Positions 53,209 to 62,858 of a stretch of DNA of 64,000 nt are shown one piece after another. The stretch comes from Bacilli bacterium. Lineage in GTDB: Bacteria; Bacillota_I; Bacilli_A; RF39; UBA660. Under the pieces are notes generated by a model, which searched no databases, was not told where the DNA came from, and saw only the letters and a list, made by a program, of their open reading frames with translations. The position numbers and the translations under genes are program-made. Each line of letters starts with the position of its first letter. Positions within the stretch are counted from its first letter, which is position 1. Where the stretch lies: NCBI GenBank assembly GCA_017484205.1, contig JAFUTO010000032.1:77027-141026 (forward strand), given 5' to 3'.

Positions 53209-56200
53209 TTATGCAGCCTCCTTTTCTAATATTGGAACATCTTGCATTGATACTTCAGAAGAAGGAAAATCAATAACCTTATTTTTTTCAGTCATCTCAT
53301 TATAAAAATCTAATATTTGATTACCATTATAATGATCTATATATTTCCCTTCTTTATCATGAAATCCTACTTGTTCATTAGGAGCAAATTCAACTATAAC
53401 TGATTCTTTATTTATCTTTGTTTTTATTATATTTACATTTATATAACCTGTAATATCATCAATAGTTAAAGGAATCTCAATAAAGTTAGAATTAAATTTG
53501 CATTTATATTTAGGAACATCTAATGATAAAACTTCTTTTTTCTTAGATTCATTAGGGTAAAACATTTTTAAATACTTATTTATTTCATTATAATTAATTC
53601 TTTTTTCAAATGTTTTCTTAAATCCTTCTAATGAATATTTGGATAAACCAGAATTAAACAATCCTTTTTTAGGACATACAATTAAATAACTTTTATCATC
53701 AGTCCATGAACATATCTTTCTTATTGCAAATAATAATGAGGAAGAATCATTTGTTTTAATATAAAATCCTTTTTCTGTTTCTAAATATATTTTTGACTTA
53801 TATATTTTGCTGATTGGCTCTTTATATTTAGAAATATATGAATTATCAAATATGAGTTCATCTTCTGGTGATTCTACAATTTCTTTTGTTATTTCATTAC
53901 TGGGAGAAGATTGTTTCTTAGTTTTATCTTCCCATTTATATTTTAATTCTTCAAATGATTTGTCATATAGATATTCACCATACTTATCATATATTTTGTA
54001 AGACTTACCATATTTCAATTTAGTGTAAAATAATTCGCCATTTTCAGTCCATTCACATTCTTCCTTAGGAACACAAAAATATTCCTTAGCTTCAGTATTT
54101 GGAATTCTAACAAAATAATGAGTATCAGTTTCTAAAGAAGGGACTAATAATACCTGATTTATAGAAAACAAATAGTCTTCTTTCTTTTCTATTTCTAATT
54201 CTTTTTTAGGAACAAATCTTTCTTCTTTAACATCTGATTCTTTGGTAATTACATTACTCTTATCTAATGTTAAATTGTTATCTAAATTATTATAAAAAAG
54301 AATAGTTTTAAAATTACCAGTTCTACCTTTAAATCTATCATCAATAAAATCTTTATCAACATTTAAAAATAGACTTCCAAATTTAAAAAAGTCCATTTTA
54401 TTTTTATTTAAGAATAATCTTTCTTTGATATTTTCTTTTAATATATCAAGAGTTTTATTTTTATATGATAGTATTCCATCAATATCATCAAGATTGTTTA
54501 TAATATAAAGTTCTTCTACTTCTTCTAATGCTAACTTATCTTTATCAGTAAGACTATTTTCATATTGTTTTATTACTGTCTGAATTTGACTATCACTTAA
54601 TCTTATTCTAGCACTACCATTAGAATTCTTTATATAAGTTTTATCAAAAACATTTAGATATTTAAAACGATTTAATGATTCATAATCAGCATAATCCTTA
54701 TTATCCTTTAAAAAGTCGTCTAACAAATCTTTTTTATTTAAATTAGAAGAACCTGATTTTAAATATTTATCTGGATCTTTATTAAATATTAACACTAATC
54801 TTTCTTCTATCTCTGTTTTATGATTATTAAAATAAAATGACAATACTTTATCATTCATTGTATCAACTTGAGATAATACTTCAGCGTATAAATAATTAGT
54901 CATTGCCTTAGTAGCAAAATTATCTATTGCTGCTTCTTTCTTTTGAATCTTTTTAGGATACATTATTTCTTCTAAATCTTGCCTTATATAATCTGTATTT
55001 TCAGTAATGTAATCTCTAAATAAAGCATCATCATAAGTATTAATAATTATTTTATCTTTTTTTAACTCTTTATAAACTGAAGATATATTCTCAGCTTTTA
55101 ATTCTAAATCTTTAAAGTATTTATGAGTTAATAAAAAATCAAAGCCAGATACTTTACAATTTTGAATATCCATAAAAGGAATATCTGCTTCAGATAAATC
55201 TCCAAAATCTTTATATTCACCTATTTTAGAAAAATCTAAAACATTTACCTTTAATCCTTGCTTAATTAATTCTGGTATAATTCTTAACATTGCATCATGA
55301 CCAGCACGATCATTATCTAGTGCTAGTGTGATCATAGAATTATTTTTCTTAACAAGTTTTAAATGTTCCTCTGTTAAAGCAACACCCATTAAAGATGATA
55401 CATTATCAAAACCTAATCTTTTTGCTCCAGCTACATCTAAAAATCCTTCAGATAAAATTAATTCACTATTATATGAAAGTGCTTTAGCATTTGAATAATT
55501 ATATAATAGCTCCTTTTTTTGGAATAATGAATTCTCTGATGTATGCAAGTATTTAGGTTGTTCATCTTTCATTCCTCTACCAGCAAATGATAATATATTA
55601 CCTTTTTCATCGCATATAGGAAACATTATTCTATCAGTAAATGTTTCATGAATATTGCCATAATCATCAATTCTTAAATACCCTAAATCAATTAAATCTT
55701 GTTTTTTTATTTTATCATTATTTTCTGCTATTTTTAGTAACTGACCTTTTCCTGCAAATCCTAAATTTAATTCATTAATTTGTTTATCTTCAACTTTTCT
55801 ATTATATAAATAATTTTTAGCATCCTTATTTATTGCTGTCAGATTATAATGAAACAATTTAGCAATATATTCGTTTACTTCAATTAAATGTTTTTCTTCA
55901 TCTGTATACCTTCTTGCAGAAACAATAAATTGATTATTACTTGATTTTTTATTTAGTTTTGAAACATCAATATTTAAATTACATATTTCAACAACTTTAG
56001 CTATTGCTTGATTTATATTTAAATCATTACCATTTACTTGTTTTTCATATTTTTGAACGAATGATATAACATTTCCTGTAACACCACAAGAAAAACAGGT
56101 AGCAATATTCTTTTTAGGATGCACTACTAAACTAGGATTATTATCATTATGAAATGGACATAATGATTTATTATGATTTAATTTAAGTCCATAATAATTA

Positions 56201-56250
56201 AATACATCTATAATACTCGCTTGTTTTAAAACTTCGTCATATAGATTTAT
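53209..56250 (-). CDS. DNA primase (CHC2 zinc finger + Toprim) with ~600-aa C-terminal extension; start codon unresolved
   Basis: The track ORF starts at GTG 56124 (MHPKKNIATCFSCG). The same frame stays open to 56268 and encodes IYDEVLKQASIIDVFNYYGLKLNHNKSLCPFHNDNNPSLVV, the first half of the DnaG-type CHC2 finger. Toprim region LILSEGFLD...LALDNDRAGH. The upstream stretch has no ATG/GTG/TTG; the end is placed at an in-frame ATA (56248-56250). Confidence 0.75.
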   Translation of the reverse strand: MNLYDEVLKQASIIDVFNYYGLKLNHNKSLCPFHNDNNPSLVVHPKKNIATCFSCGVTGNVISFVQKYEKQVNGNDLNINQAIAKVVEICNLNIDVSKLNKKSSNNQFIVSARRYTDEEKHLIEVNEYIAKLFHYNLTAINKDAKNYLYNRKVEDKQINELNLGFAGKGQLLKIAENNDKIKKQDLIDLGYLRIDDYGNIHETFTDRIMFPICDEKGNILSFAGRGMKDEQPKYLHTSENSLFQKKELLYNYSNAKALSYNSELILSEGFLDVAGAKRLGFDNVSSLMGVALTEEHLKLVKKNNSMITLALDNDRAGHDAMLRIIPELIKQGLKVNVLDFSKIGEYKDFGDLSEADIPFMDIQNCKVSGFDFLLTHKYFKDLELKAENISSVYKELKKDKIIINTYDDALFRDYITENTDYIRQDLEEIMYPKKIQKKEAAIDNFATKAMTNYLYAEVLSQVDTMNDKVLSFYFNNHKTEIEERLVLIFNKDPDKYLKSGSSNLNKKDLLDDFLKDNKDYADYESLNRFKYLNVFDKTYIKNSNGSARIRLSDSQIQTVIKQYENSLTDKDKLALEEVEELYIINNLDDIDGILSYKNKTLDILKENIKERLFLNKNKMDFFKFGSLFLNVDKDFIDDRFKGRTGNFKTILFYNNLDNNLTLDKSNVITKESDVKEERFVPKKELEIEKKEDYLFSINQVLLVPSLETDTHYFVRIPNTEAKEYFCVPKEECEWTENGELFYTKLKYGKSYKIYDKYGEYLYDKSFEELKYKWEDKTKKQSSPSNEITKEIVESPEDELIFDNSYISKYKEPISKIYKSKIYLETEKGFYIKTNDSSSLLFAIRKICSWTDDKSYLIVCPKKGLFNSGLSKYSLEGFKKTFEKRINYNEINKYLKMFYPNESKKKEVLSLDVPKYKCKFNSNFIEIPLTIDDITGYINVNIIKTKINKESVIVEFAPNEQVGFHDKEGKYIDHYNGNQILDFYNEMTEKNKVIDFPSSEVSMQDVPILEKEAA

Positions 56251-56260
56251 ATTGTATCGC

Positions 56261-57139
56261 CTACCTTTCTAGTTCTAAATCTAAATCATAATTTTTATTA
56301 TTCTCATAACCAGATAATATTAACGCTTCATTCCTACATCTATAATTAATTTCATTGACTAATCTTGAAAGTAATCCCATATTGCGTTCTATATCATGAA
56401 CAATATCACTTACACTTGATTCATGATCTTCATCTAATTCTATTAAATCTCTTATATATCCATCTTTATCAAAATAATTATAATAGTATTTTAAACCTTC
56501 AGTAACATCAGTAGCTTTATTATTTGTTGTTATGATGCTAAATTTAAATGGAAATTTACTTTGTTCTTTTTGCTCAAAATCCCAAAATCCAAAAGTTGGT
56601 TTTACTTTCCATCCTAATTCCTCAATTATTGGTTTTAATTTATTAATCGGTACAATATCTAAATCAACATTTTCTCTTTCACTATAATATTTACCAATCT
56701 TCAATTCTTTAAAAATTCTATCTAAATCAGAGTGCCATCTTGGTATAAAAGTATCTCTATTTAAAAGTTGACTTTCTAAATTTCTAAGAGAATTATTATA
56801 ATATCCTTTAAAACCATTAATATTGTAATGAGCTATATCACCACAGGCATTAGTAAAGAAATGATACATCTTATCAGTTAATTTCTCTAACGAACCACTT
56901 TTTTGCAAATTTCTATATTCTTTAACTATTTTTTTAAATGAATATACAGTATTACCATCATATAATATTGAAGATTTTAAATTATTATCATCAATACATT
57001 TTTGAATTAATAATCTATCACTAGCTTCATCACCAGTTAAAGGTAATTTATCAATAATATTCTTATCCGATTCAATTACACTATTACTACCATAAAAAGT
57101 TATTCTTTTATTATTTTTATTTAGTTCTATATGGTTCAA
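56261..57139 (-). CDS. hypothetical ICE accessory protein, tail ...DLDLELER
   Basis: ORF track; TTG start after AGGAGA. Confidence 0.5.
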   Translation of the reverse strand: MNHIELNKNNKRITFYGSNSVIESDKNIIDKLPLTGDEASDRLLIQKCIDDNNLKSSILYDGNTVYSFKKIVKEYRNLQKSGSLEKLTDKMYHFFTNACGDIAHYNINGFKGYYNNSLRNLESQLLNRDTFIPRWHSDLDRIFKELKIGKYYSERENVDLDIVPINKLKPIIEELGWKVKPTFGFWDFEQKEQSKFPFKFSIITTNNKATDVTEGLKYYYNYFDKDGYIRDLIELDEDHESSVSDIVHDIERNMGLLSRLVNEINYRCRNEALILSGYENNKNYDLDLELER

Positions 57140-57160
57140 TTTAATCTCCTTTCTTTAATA

Positions 57161-57568
57161 CTATTTTTCTAAATCTATATCTTCTTCTACTTCTTTTTGA
57201 TTAATTTCATTTTTCTTTTTCCATTCAATTAGTCTTCTTGCATTTGAACCTATTTCATTCCAACTAGAAGAAATACACATTGTCTTATTTTCTATATTTG
57301 GATTTTTCATAACATTTATAGTTATATTCTTATACGAAGGTTCTTTAAAACAAATTAAGTCATTTGATCTGATACAAACATATCTATCATCATTTTTGTC
57401 TTTTAAAATAGCATAAAGATTATAATTTGTTTTCTGATACTTAAATATTTCTAAATTGTATTTATTAATTTGCTTTTGCAATTCATTTTTCATTTGATTA
57501 GGATAATCTTCATAATTTTTATTTTTCTTCAATATTTTTTCTTCTATCCATTTGTTCATATAATCCAT
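57161..57568 (-). CDS. hypothetical ICE accessory protein, tail ...EVEEDIDLEK
   Basis: ORF track; start moved to MDYMNKW (ATG 8 nt after GGAGGA). Confidence 0.5.
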   Translation of the reverse strand: MDYMNKWIEEKILKKNKNYEDYPNQMKNELQKQINKYNLEIFKYQKTNYNLYAILKDKNDDRYVCIRSNDLICFKEPSYKNITINVMKNPNIENKTMCISSSWNEIGSNARRLIEWKKKNEINQKEVEEDIDLEK

Positions 57569-57683
57569 CTCTTGACTCCTCCAATCTTGAACACTCACTT
57601 GATATGACACAACAAGAATAACAAAATACTAGAACAAATAATAATATTAATACTCCAAATGCAACTAATAATATTTTTAACAT
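57519..57683 (-). CDS. possible small single-TM protein (54 aa) overlapping the next gene by 50 nt
   Basis: MLKILLVAFGVLILLFVLVFCYSCCVISS...; ATG 7 nt after GAAAGG. Coding status uncertain. Confidence 0.3.
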   Translation of the reverse strand: MLKILLVAFGVLILLFVLVFCYSCCVISSECSRLEESRDGLYEQMDRRKNIEEK

Positions 57684-57687
57684 ATAT

Positions 57688-58716
57688 TTACCTTTCCAAT
57701 TCACAATCATCTAATTCAACTTGAGATTGAATATTTTCAACCATTTTATTAAACATAACTTCATCTTTTTCTATTGCAATGCTATTTCTATTAGTATTTA
57801 AACATGCAACAACAAAATTACCACTACCTGCATATTGATCTAAAAGAGTTTCAAAAGGATTTGAAATATATGAAATAATACTTTCTAAAAGTTCTACTGG
57901 TTTTTCTGCTTCCATAACCTTATCATTTTTCCCTCTTGGTTGATAATCAAATGTTGTTGGCAGCATACCATTAGTCCCCTTCATATAACATACATCAAAT
58001 CCTTTATTAATTAGAATATCTCTTACTTCATAAGAAGTTTTACCTTTAATATCAATATTATTTTTAGTTGCTATTTCTATATTCTTCTTAGCATCTAATT
58101 TTAATGCTCTAGGTTCTCCTTTTGAGAAAATCATGACATCTTCCACATTCTTAGATTTTCTTCCTGTATTAGCAACAAAATCGCCTTTTTTCCAAGGAAC
58201 TTTAGCAAAATATTTGAATCCACTTTTAATTGCCATATCCTTAACTTCAAAAAGATATTGATAATTAATTTCAGATTCTTCAGGTAAAAATTCTACAAGA
58301 AAAGCCCCTTCTTTTAAAACTCTTTGTTTTTCTTCAAAATCTTTTTGGTTATATTTAAATAACTCATAGGAAGCAAATTTTCTATTTCCTCCTGTTAATG
58401 CTTTTGATAAATCATACGGATGGTCAGTTATAATTCCATCTATTGAATCATCTGGAATCATAGATAAATCTCTACCATCTCCATTAATAAGTAAGCAATC
58501 ATTTCTATCACCATTAATTTGAGAAGTTACTTTATATACTCCACGAGAAACTTTTTCAAACAATCCCTTTTCAACGCCTTCGTATATTCTTGCTCTTATT
58601 GATTCATTATTTACTTTCATCACAGAATTAACAAGATTTGTTGCTTCTTTAACCGTAAATTGTTCATCATCCAAAAAGTATTGAAATAGATTCATCTGAA
58701 TAGTGTTATCTGTCAT
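57688..58716 (-). CDS. orphan DNA methyltransferase (beta-class N6A/N4C, motif IV before motif I)
   Basis: Motif IV GIITDHPY (DPPY variant), motif I LLDQYAGSGNFVVAC, N-terminal wHTH-like 70 aa. No restriction gene adjacent. Tail ...VELDDCELER. Confidence 0.75.
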   Translation of the reverse strand: MTDNTIQMNLFQYFLDDEQFTVKEATNLVNSVMKVNNESIRARIYEGVEKGLFEKVSRGVYKVTSQINGDRNDCLLINGDGRDLSMIPDDSIDGIITDHPYDLSKALTGGNRKFASYELFKYNQKDFEEKQRVLKEGAFLVEFLPEESEINYQYLFEVKDMAIKSGFKYFAKVPWKKGDFVANTGRKSKNVEDVMIFSKGEPRALKLDAKKNIEIATKNNIDIKGKTSYEVRDILINKGFDVCYMKGTNGMLPTTFDYQPRGKNDKVMEAEKPVELLESIISYISNPFETLLDQYAGSGNFVVACLNTNRNSIAIEKDEVMFNKMVENIQSQVELDDCELER

Positions 58717-59104
58717 ATTCTATTTCATCCATTTCTTGTTCTTTGTCTTTTTTTAAACATGGTTCTAATAATTGTTTTAACTTATCGCATAGTTCTTTTT
58801 GATTCTTAAAAGTATATCTTTCATAACTATCATGATAAGCTGTACTATCCACATTCAAATCTAATTGTGCTGTTGTTATTTCCAATTGTCCCCATGAATG
58901 CGTTATCCAAATTCTTTTATTGATAATTTTACTCTCCATAATTATCCATAAAGGTTGATTTGATTCCACATAATTGTTTCTTTCTTTATAAAACCAGTTT
59001 GAATGATCATTTATTTCATCAATATCGGCAGTAAATATCAATTTATAAATATCCCTATATTTAGTTTTATAAATTGCATTTTGTAGATTATAGGTTCTAA
59101 TCAC
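58706..59104 (-). CDS. hypothetical ICE accessory protein, tail ...EQEMDEIEYDR (paralog of 59101..59466)
   Basis: ORF track; shares MIR..NL....KY.D.YK....DID.I.D...Y.FKN.K.L..KL with the upstream ORF. Confidence 0.5.
   Translation of the reverse strand: MIRTYNLQNAIYKTKYRDIYKLIFTADIDEINDHSNWFYKERNNYVESNQPLWIIMESKIINKRIWITHSWGQLEITTAQLDLNVDSTAYHDSYERYTFKNQKELCDKLKQLLEPCLKKDKEQEMDEIEYDR
58713..58743 (-). repeat. 31-nt gene-junction repeat (copy 2) spanning ...EQEMDEIEY and the ATG of the methyltransferase
   Basis: Identical to 36034-36064. Confidence 0.85.
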
Positions 59105-59466
59105 GACTTAACCTCATGATAATACGATTTCAATATTTCATCTAATTTTCTTGTTAAAATTTTTTCATTTTTAAATGAGTAGAAATCACATTTTTGATAT
59201 GAAAATTTTTCTGATTTATTACATATATTTTCATATTCAACTCGCATAAGATATTCACTATAAAAGGTAGTAATTATTATAGTAGCTGGAAATCTATGAT
59301 CACCTAAAGTTATACATAAGGAATTAAAATTTTTATCAAAATCTTTTTTTGGTTCAAAGACTGATGTGTCAATAATATAATCAATATCATTACTATACAA
59401 AACTTTATAAAAATCATAATACTTTGATGGAATCTTTTTTTGCTTTAATTCATTTAATCTTATCAA
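59101..59466 (-). CDS. hypothetical ICE accessory protein
   Basis: ORF track; ATGA-type overlap with the downstream paralog. Confidence 0.5.
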   Translation of the reverse strand: MIRLNELKQKKIPSKYYDFYKVLYSNDIDYIIDTSVFEPKKDFDKNFNSLCITLGDHRFPATIIITTFYSEYLMRVEYENICNKSEKFSYQKCDFYSFKNEKILTRKLDEILKSYYHEVKS

Positions 59467-59481
59467 TATTTCATCCTCCTT

Positions 59482-62400
59482 TTAATTAAATTGACTTTGA
59501 CCTAAACCTCTAGTCCATGCTTCAGCATATCCATTTGTACAATCAATAGCAACCCAATATAGATATGGGAAGTTATAATTTGTATAATTTGTATGAGCTG
59601 CAATGTAATTCTTTTGTGCTTCTGCTTGAGCTCTAGTCAAAGTATAATCTGTTATTACTAAATAATTACCTGGATATAAAGTTTGTTCTTGAACTCTACC
59701 TGTCCATCCTGCACTTTGGAATACACTTAATAAACCATTAGCATTTCCAATTGGTCCATGTCCTGTTGTTAGTCTACAATAACATTCAGTAACCGAAGCT
59801 GTTAAAGTAACATCATGATCTGGCATACTATCTACCCAGCCATTCCATCCATGGAACTTATGATAGCCATCTAAAGCATCTTGTCCATTTAAATTTGGTA
59901 GTCCATCACTATATCCAACAGATCTTTGTGCCCATAAATTACCATTAACATAATAATTAACTGTGTAATAATTTTTATTCCATGTTGCTGTATAACTTCT
60001 ATTGCCTATTGAACCAGTATTGATAGTTACATTTTTTGTAGCAGAACTTAATCCTGTACCTGTCCATCCTGCAAATGTATATCCTTTTTTTGTTGGTTGT
60101 GGTAATGAGAAAGAACTTGATTCTATATTATAACTTGTTGGCTGTGATGAAACACTTCCACCATCAAGGTTATATGAAATACTATAATTAATTACTTGCC
60201 AATTTGCAGTATATGATTTATTGCCTATTGAACCTTTTTCAATTTTTACACTTGTAGATGGTGTCGTACCATTATCTCCAGTCCATCCAAGGAATGTATA
60301 TCCTTCTCTTGTTGGATTACTCAAAGTAAATGTTTCTGTTTCTATATTATATTTTGAAACTTTAGAAGATAAACTTCCACCATTCAAATTGTAAGTAATA
60401 TCATAATCAATAACTTTCCAATCGGCTTTTAATTCATGATTAGAAGATATTTTCATTAAACTATCTTCAGTTATTAAAGAATTATTATAATACCATCCTT
60501 CAAATGAATAACCTCTTCGTGTTGCTTCAGGTATTATTCCATATAAGCTATTGTAAGAAATATTTACATAATCAGGAATAACTGTTCCTTTATTAGGATT
60601 TAAGCTTATTTTATAAATATTAGCTTCCCAATTAGCTTTATAACTTTTATTACCTATTGTTCCTTTTGGTATAATAACTTGAAGTTGTAGTCTTAGTCCG
60701 TTATCTCCAGTCCATCCAAGGAATGTATATCCTTCTCTTGTTGGTGTTGGTAAAGTTATTGCATCTGATTCTACATTGTATTTAATTTCTTTTATATCAT
60801 CAGAACTACTTGTATTTAAATCATATTTGATAACATAATCATTTCTATTATATTTTGCTTGATAAACAGTATCAGATTTAATTGGTTCATTGGATGGATT
60901 CCAACCTGTAAATGTATATCCATCAATAAACGGATTTTCTGGTGGTATTGAATTATTTCCATAATCAACTATTTCTTCTTTTAAAATAACACCAAATAAA
61001 TCATAATATTTAACACTTAATTTAATAATTTCCCATTTAGCATATAAATTAATTACATCATTATCACTATTTGATAAATTGTAAATATCTTGTTCATCTA
61101 GGTAGACCAAATCACCATTTTCTGAAGTTGACCATCCTACAAAATTATAACCTTCTTTAGTAAATAAATTTTTGCTTAATTTACCATGATTATTATATTT
61201 AATTTTGGTTTTATCCATTGTTCCTTCGCCACCAGATGAATTATAAGAAATATAATATGAAATTGGTTTATAATTAGCTGTCAATTCAATGTTACCAATT
61301 GTTCCCTTTGGTATTTCATAATCTTTAATTAAAGTGTCATCATCTTGTGTTGACCATCCCACAAAAATATATCCTTCTTTTTCTGGATTAGGAATAATTA
61401 TATTTTCTGTTTCTATATTGTAAGAATTTGGTGTATCTTCTATTTTTCCACCAATCAAATTATAAGTAATTGTATAAGTAATGGTATCCCAATTAGCATT
61501 AATTGTTATATCATTTTCTTCACTAAATACTGTTTTACTTGATACTTCTTTATTTGCCTCATTAGTCCAATTGATGAAGTTATATCCTTCTTTGGAAACA
61601 GAAGGTAATTTACCATACTCTTCATCAAATTTAATTTCTTTTGGATTTATTATTTCTTTTGCACCATTTGTATTATAAATTAAATTATATGAATTAGGTT
61701 CATAATTGGCAATTAGTTCTATGTTACCAATTGTTCCTTGCTTTATCTTATAATCTATATTAGGATTATTATCTTCCATATTCGTCCATCCAAGGAATGT
61801 ATATCCTTTTTTAGAAGGAGTTGGAATACTAAAAGAATCATCTTCAATAGTATAAGTTGAAGGAGCATCTTCATTAAATGCTCCTCCACTTAAATCATAA
61901 GAAATTTCATAATTATTAATATTATAAAGTGCATTAATTACTAAATCTTCTTTTACTTCCTTTACATCATTATCCCATTTAAGAAATGTATATCCTGATC
62001 TTTCAGGATTTTCTGGTGTAATGATGCTATCACCATAATCATACTCAACTTTTTGAATAGTTGAGCCATCATAGTCTAAAAATTCTACATCAAATGATTC
62101 AATATGCCACATTGCATATAATACAACATTAGCATTATTCTCAGTTGATAAATTAAAAACTTCCATCTCATCTAAATAGATTGGTTCTCCATTTATTTCA
62201 GTTGACCAACCTGTAAAAATATATCCTTCCCTTGTTAATGTGCTTTTTGGTAATTTACATACTTCATTACCATCACATGTAATTGAATCCATTGTTCCTT
62301 CGCCACCATTAGCATCAAAAGAGATTTTATATTTTATCCCTTGTGCTTCCTCTACCTTATCTCTTTTTGGAACATATTTATATGGATCATCTTCTTTCTT

Positions 62401-62838
62401 TTTATCTGAAGATTTTGAATCTTCTTTTTTATCTTTATTATCTGGAACAATTGTATTTTCTGGAGTATTATTTATTGGTTTTGGATTAGGTTTTGTATCT
62501 TTAAAATTAAAGAATAAAAATAATCCTATCAATAACATTAATAATAATAAAAGAAGTATAAAAGGAATACACCTTTTTAAAACAATATAATTATTGTCGC
62601 CTACATAAATGTATCCTTTTTTAAAACCAAATAATTTATCCTTAACCTTGTATTCTGTATCATTAAAGCATAATAAATCCAACTCATTATTATCAGAGTC
62701 GGATTTATTTTCTTTTAATCTTGTTTTTCCAACTATAACATTATTTTCATTTTTATTAAATTCTTTTTTTGTTATATATGGAACACCTTTATAATATTTT
62801 GAATTCTCATGATCAATAACAATATATTTCTTACTCAT
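59482..62838 (-). CDS. large surface protein with ~12 Listeria-Bacteroides (InlB B-repeat/Flg_new) repeats and an unassigned C-terminal domain
   Basis: ~90-aa N-terminal cytoplasmic region, then one TM. Reiterated ~70-aa units follow with the G(Y/F)(T/I/N)F.GW signature (GYIFTGWST, GYTFLGWT, GYNFVGWST...). The last ~150 aa are non-repeat. Confidence 0.75.
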   Translation of the reverse strand: MSKKYIVIDHENSKYYKGVPYITKKEFNKNENNVIVGKTRLKENKSDSDNNELDLLCFNDTEYKVKDKLFGFKKGYIYVGDNNYIVLKRCIPFILLLLLLMLLIGLFLFFNFKDTKPNPKPINNTPENTIVPDNKDKKEDSKSSDKKKEDDPYKYVPKRDKVEEAQGIKYKISFDANGGEGTMDSITCDGNEVCKLPKSTLTREGYIFTGWSTEINGEPIYLDEMEVFNLSTENNANVVLYAMWHIESFDVEFLDYDGSTIQKVEYDYGDSIITPENPERSGYTFLKWDNDVKEVKEDLVINALYNINNYEISYDLSGGAFNEDAPSTYTIEDDSFSIPTPSKKGYTFLGWTNMEDNNPNIDYKIKQGTIGNIELIANYEPNSYNLIYNTNGAKEIINPKEIKFDEEYGKLPSVSKEGYNFINWTNEANKEVSSKTVFSEENDITINANWDTITYTITYNLIGGKIEDTPNSYNIETENIIIPNPEKEGYIFVGWSTQDDDTLIKDYEIPKGTIGNIELTANYKPISYYISYNSSGGEGTMDKTKIKYNNHGKLSKNLFTKEGYNFVGWSTSENGDLVYLDEQDIYNLSNSDNDVINLYAKWEIIKLSVKYYDLFGVILKEEIVDYGNNSIPPENPFIDGYTFTGWNPSNEPIKSDTVYQAKYNRNDYVIKYDLNTSSSDDIKEIKYNVESDAITLPTPTREGYTFLGWTGDNGLRLQLQVIIPKGTIGNKSYKANWEANIYKISLNPNKGTVIPDYVNISYNSLYGIIPEATRRGYSFEGWYYNNSLITEDSLMKISSNHELKADWKVIDYDITYNLNGGSLSSKVSKYNIETETFTLSNPTREGYTFLGWTGDNGTTPSTSVKIEKGSIGNKSYTANWQVINYSISYNLDGGSVSSQPTSYNIESSSFSLPQPTKKGYTFAGWTGTGLSSATKNVTINTGSIGNRSYTATWNKNYYTVNYYVNGNLWAQRSVGYSDGLPNLNGQDALDGYHKFHGWNGWVDSMPDHDVTLTASVTECYCRLTTGHGPIGNANGLLSVFQSAGWTGRVQEQTLYPGNYLVITDYTLTRAQAEAQKNYIAAHTNYTNYNFPYLYWVAIDCTNGYAEAWTRGLGQSQFN

Positions 62839-62858
62839 TTATTGCTCCTTTCATGATT

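Noticed and set aside
56255-56275. Programmed +1 frameshift (prfB-like) fusing ORF 56261..57139 to the primase at GAA AGG TAG G.
   Set aside because: The geometry is right: stop codon in the A site, primase frame at +1. However, re-pairing of an Arg tRNA from AGG to GGT is poor, and no upstream SD-like stimulator at the prfB spacing is evident. It is retained only as a minor alternative within the primase-start finding.
28883-58743. The short repeated motifs as a CRISPR array or other spacer-repeat locus.
   Set aside because: The repeats lie at the 3-prime ends of protein-coding genes, 0.3-22 kb apart. The intervening sequence is coding, and no cas genes are present.
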